Shown in pieces: positions 59,828-64,000 of a stretch of 64,000 bases of DNA (position 1 is the first letter of the stretch; each line of letters opens with the position of its first letter). The DNA comes from Takakia lepidozioides. Its lineage: Eukaryota; Plantae; Bryophyta. The position numbers and the translations under genes were made by a program. Below the pieces are notes generated by a model, which made no database searches, was not told where the DNA came from, and saw only the letters and a list, made by a program, of their open reading frames with translations. Location of the stretch: NCBI GenBank assembly GCA_030704615.1, contig CM060732.1, positions 32,860,001 to 32,924,000 of the forward strand, read 5' to 3'.

Positions 59828-62057
59828 TCACACAGAATCTGGCGGAGCCCCACGGTAGGTGTCCCGCTGCAGAAGAGTGATGACCTCTCCATAGCCTAGT
59901 GTGGCTTGGTGAATGAATTGGTCTCTCTTACCGTCGTAGCACATAATTATAAGGTATATGTAATATTGATGCTTGCAGGGGACCCACTTCCCTCTCATGC
60001 CGAGAGCGCCCTCACGCATCGTTACAAAATCCAGACAGGTGCACGCAAGGAAATTCCCCACGGTAACTTGATATTCTTTGTCATGAAGAACTGAGCCTGT
60101 AGACAACACTGTGTAAATCCGTCCATACCCCGGGGGCGGGACTTCGGTGATACGTGTCACCCGAGCCTGCAAAATTCTAGCCGATTCCATCTTGCAGTCG
60201 TGATCTGCACCCGAAGCGACACGGCGCATTGTTTTTCCATCTCTTTTTGTTGGGTGGGAGTCGGCACCGGGTGGAGGCATTGCCGGATCATGTGGCACAT
60301 CTGTGCCTAGAGTGCATGAGGCACCACCCCAGACTGAGCAAGGCGGAACCCTCCCTCCTCCAGCATGCTTATCTCGGTTGATGACAGCGACGTCCCAAGT
60401 TTCACAAGCCAAATTGCGGGCGGAGGGGGCTTCATTATCACCGATGGACGAACTGTTCCCTTGACACATCGTGCCATATCGTTTGGGCAGAACCAGAACT
60501 TCCAGTCCTTTGACTCCCCACTATGATAAGGTCAGAACAACCCTGTGAATGTTGGAGCTGGAGTCCCCCTGGAGCCTTTGCATATTTTTTATTTGCATTT
60601 CTTGAAAGAGGGGGTCCGAATTGCCATGCAAGCCACTCTAGATCCTGGTGGGGTGCGTTCTATATGCCACTCAGTGTCAATGCAATCAGATTCTTGCACC
60701 AAGGACACCACCTCTCCAATGGGATTCATGCTGTTGTGCTTGCATGATTTGCACCTGCTCCACTAGAAGAGGACCCACCTGGGAAGGGGCGGGCACATGA
60801 CTTAGTCTGCACCGGAGACACCTTAGGTACAGAGAAATTGACCCTGTGCGGGTGATGGGAATCTCCATCCGACCCTGGAAGAGTGTTCAATTTCCTTTTG
60901 CAGGATCCAAATGTTTCCTCGCCTTCCAAATGGGGGACCCTGGATTGCAAAGGGGAGCCTTCAGTGCACCTATTCAGAGCTCTCGCCATCTTTGATGGGC
61001 CTCTGGACCTGCTCGCAGCCCTTAGCATCAACAAAGTCATATCAGGGCCCTTGCCTCCGTCCCCCATCAGAAAATTGTGGTATCTGGTTTGTTGTGTAAG
61101 TGCCCGCACCATGTCATCAGCAGTGGCAACATACAAGTCAAGTCTTGCTTTGGTAGACTGCTGCATCCAGGCGTTGTGAACAGTCTCCGCCAAATTACAG
61201 GAAGGCATGTCGGCCAAGTCCTCCAAGGACATGTCCTGCAGGAGGCATTGAACGCAAATATGAGGAACGAAAGGAAATGGAAGAGGTTCTGCAAGTGACA
61301 ATCCAACAAGCCCAAAGGAACAGGCACGATGCAAAGTGAAATTTGTGTTTCTGGGATTGAAAAGGCATACCGTCGTCATGAAAGCTCCCCACTGTCTGTA
61401 CCTGAAGTGCCAAAAAACCAACCAGTCCTCCAACTCCTTCAGCTGGATCCCACTAGCAGCACCAGAGGAGAACCACCAAGCCTGGATTGCTTGGTAAGTG
61501 CTCTCAGCTTCTCCCATTGAGGTGGCATTTTTGTACTCGAGGCAGAGCCTTTTGTGCTCCAACTGAAGGTCAGGTCGAATACAACGCTTTGTATGACATG
61601 CTAGAGATTGACTCCAATGGAAGAGGCATGTGCGCTCCCTATTGAACCGTGTCCGTCATGTTTCTTGTCCATGCCCTGCAGAAGCCCAGCTAGTCCACTG
61701 GAAGACGTGGGAGGGTGGAGCTCAAACAAAATGTCCCCGTCAAACTTTGCTGCTCCATATCACACCCTCTGCACCCGAATGGACTCCCAATCAACAAAAC
61801 TCAGCTCGCTCTTCCACCCAGGCACCCCTGCGAGGGCTTTCAATTTCGGAATGATACTCGTTATCTCGTGCAATTCGTCATCATCCAAGAATGGAGTCTG
61901 GACTAGTAGAGGAATCTCAGAAACATCCTCCAAGGACGAGTCTGAAAGAGACACTAATGTAGTGGATATACTCACCTCGCGTTTCACATGAACTCTGCCC
62001 TTCTGCTGCACGATCGATGCTGCAGTGCCAGGGGTAACTACTGATCCTGCCAACCAA
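59828..62057 (-). pseudogene. Internally deleted homolog of the MULE-SWIM transposase
   Basis: FDGDILFE...GMDKKHDGH joins almost directly to ERTCLFHWSQS; WHFRYRQWG, CNLAETVH, SWIM CTCLDF...CKHQYY; same intron position as the 50-53 kb copy. Confidence 0.85.
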
Positions 62058-62063
62058 TGGTTT

Positions 62064-63809
62064 CGGCAACGCACACTATTTGTGCCCCCCTTTCTGGTTG
62101 TGGTTTGATGTGTAAATGTGCCACAGTAGGCCACTGTGCCAAGTTCAAAACACCCGTAGTTGGAAGCACCAAACAGTGTGCGGCAACGCACACTGTTTGG
62201 GCCCCCCTTTCCGGTTGTTTTTTGACTTCAAAATGGGCCACAAAGGGCCTGTATGCCATGCTCAAAATACCCCTAATTGGAAGCCCCAAACAGTGTGCTT
62301 CAAAGCACACTGTTTGAGGCCCCCTCTGTGCCTGTTTTTAATGGGCCATGTTTGATGTCTAAATGTGCCACACAAGGCCAGTGTGCCAAGTTCAAAACAC
62401 CCATAGTTGGAAGCACCAAACAGTGTGCGGCAACGCACACTGTTTGGGCCCCCCTTTCCGGTTGTTCTTTGACTTCAAAATGGGCCACAAATGGCCAGTA
62501 TGCCATGCTCAAAATACCCCTAATTGGCAGCCCCAAATAGTGTGCTTCAAAGCACATTGTTTGAGGCCCCCTTAGTGCCTGTTTTTTGGCATGTTTGATG
62601 TCTAAATGTGCCACACAGGGCCTATGTGCCAAGTTCAAAACACTTGTAGTTGGAAGCACCAAACAGTGTGCGTTGCCGCACACTATTTGGGCCCCCCTTT
62701 CCGGTTGTTTTTTGAGTTCAAAATGGGCCACAAAGGGCCAGTATGCCATGCTCATAACACCCCTAATTGGAAGCCCCAAATAGTATGCTTCAAAGCACAC
62801 TGTTTGAGGCCCCCTCTGTGCCTGTTTTTTGATTTCCAAATGGGCCATGTTTGATGTCTAAATGTGCCACACAGGGCCAGTGTCCCAAGTTCAAAACACC
62901 CATTGTTGGAAGCACCAAACAGTGTGTGGAAACGCACACTGTTTGGGCCCCCATTTCTGGTTGTTTTTTTACTTCAAAATGGGCCACAAATGGCCTGTAT
63001 GCCATGCTCAAAATACCCCTAATTGGAAGCCCCAAACAGTGTGCTTCAAAGCACACTGTTTGAGGCCCCCTCTGTGCCTGTTTTTTTATTTCAAAATGCG
63101 CCATGTTTGATGTCTAAATGTGCCACACACGGCCAGTGTATCAAGTTCAAAACACCCCTAGTTGGAAGCACCAAACAGTGTGCGACAACACACAGTGTTT
63201 GGGCCCCCATTTCTGGTTGTTTTTTTATTTCAAAGTGGGCCACAAATGGCCAGTATGCCATGCTCAAAATACCCCTAATTGGAAGCCCCAAATAGTGTGC
63301 TTCAAAGCACACTGTTTGAGGCCCCCTCTGTGCCTGGTTTTTGATTTCCAAATGGGCCATGTTTGATGTCTAAATGTGCCACACAGGGCTAGTGTGCCAA
63401 GTTCAAAACACCCGTTGTTGGAAGCACCAAACAGTGTACGTTGCCACACACTGTTTGGGCCCCCCTTTCCGATTGTTTTTTACTTCAAAATGGGCCACAA
63501 ATGGCCAGTATGCCATGCTCAAAATACCCCTAATTGGCAGCCCCAAACAATGTGCTTCAAAGCACACTGTTTGAGGCCCCCTTAGTGCCTGTTTTTTTAT
63601 TTCAAAATGGGCCATGTTTGATGTCTAAATGTGCCACACAGGGCCAGTGTACCAAGTTCAAAACACCCCTAGTTGGAAGCACCAAACAATGTGCGGCAAC
63701 GCACACTGTTTGGGCCCCCATTTCCGGTTGTTTTTTTATTTCAAAATAGGCCACAAAGGGCTTGTATGCCATGCTCAAAATACCCCTAATTGGAAGCCCC
63801 AAACAATGT
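62064..63809. repeat. 256-bp satellite, ~7 units, each with two 28-bp palindromes
   Basis: Equivalent positions at 62606, 62862, 63118, 63374, 63629; palindromes AAACAGTGTGC-N6-GCACACTGTTT. Confidence 0.95.
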
Positions 63810-64000
63810 TGTCGAGCAGCTTTTACTCACCCATCCCTTCGCTATCCGAGGTGGAAACTCCAAGATAGAAGAGTTGGATATCTCTAAGCACTCAGCCCGC
63901 TCAGAACAATCAGTCATGACCTACAGCTAGTGAATCATGGTTGTGCTTCCTATTTGTATTTCTTCTTGTCTTCATGTTAGCAAATTACCTTACTGTGTAT

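Noticed and set aside
62038-63868. Many similar Cys-rich short ORFs
   Set aside because: They recur at the 256-bp satellite period in several frames and both strands; repeat artefacts.

Overview
Eukaryotic, transposon-dense land-plant DNA, probably from a non-seed plant (an inference; the species cannot be read from the sequence). The only clear host gene is a 13-exon ankyrin-repeat DHHC protein S-acyltransferase (TIP1/PAT24-like; minus strand, 23199-32244). The rest is nested mobile DNA. (1) 1-10757: a Ty3/Gypsy element whose polyprotein has a DNMT3-like C5-cytosine methyltransferase between protease and RT and a PHD finger after integrase. Its PBS position is complementary to a hairpin loop in its own LTR rather than to a tRNA end. 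It is inserted into an older Gypsy element (10758-13432). (2) SINEs, PIF/Harbinger- and hAT-type non-autonomous elements and LINE fragments. (3) 41556-55210: a complete 13.65-kb Mutator-like DNA transposon with TIRs and an 8-bp TSD (TGTCAACA), splitting a CACTA TnpA-like gene. It encodes a MULE DDE-SWIM transposase and a divergently oriented, intron-containing gene fusing a ParB/Srx-like domain to a beta-class N6A/N4C DNA-methyltransferase fold. It also carries dozens of AATTTCGGCGCCGAAATT palindromes phased mostly 61-67 bp apart. This ParB/MTase/palindrome-array transposon is the best candidate for an undescribed system. (4) 58.2-63.8 kb: a Crypton-like tyrosine recombinase abutting a 256-bp satellite built of 11-6-11 bp palindromes (dif-like geometry), with a deleted relative of the MULE transposase between the two satellite blocks. 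All domain calls are by motif recognition by eye; no searches were run. Many ORFs have frameshifts that may be decay or assembly indels.
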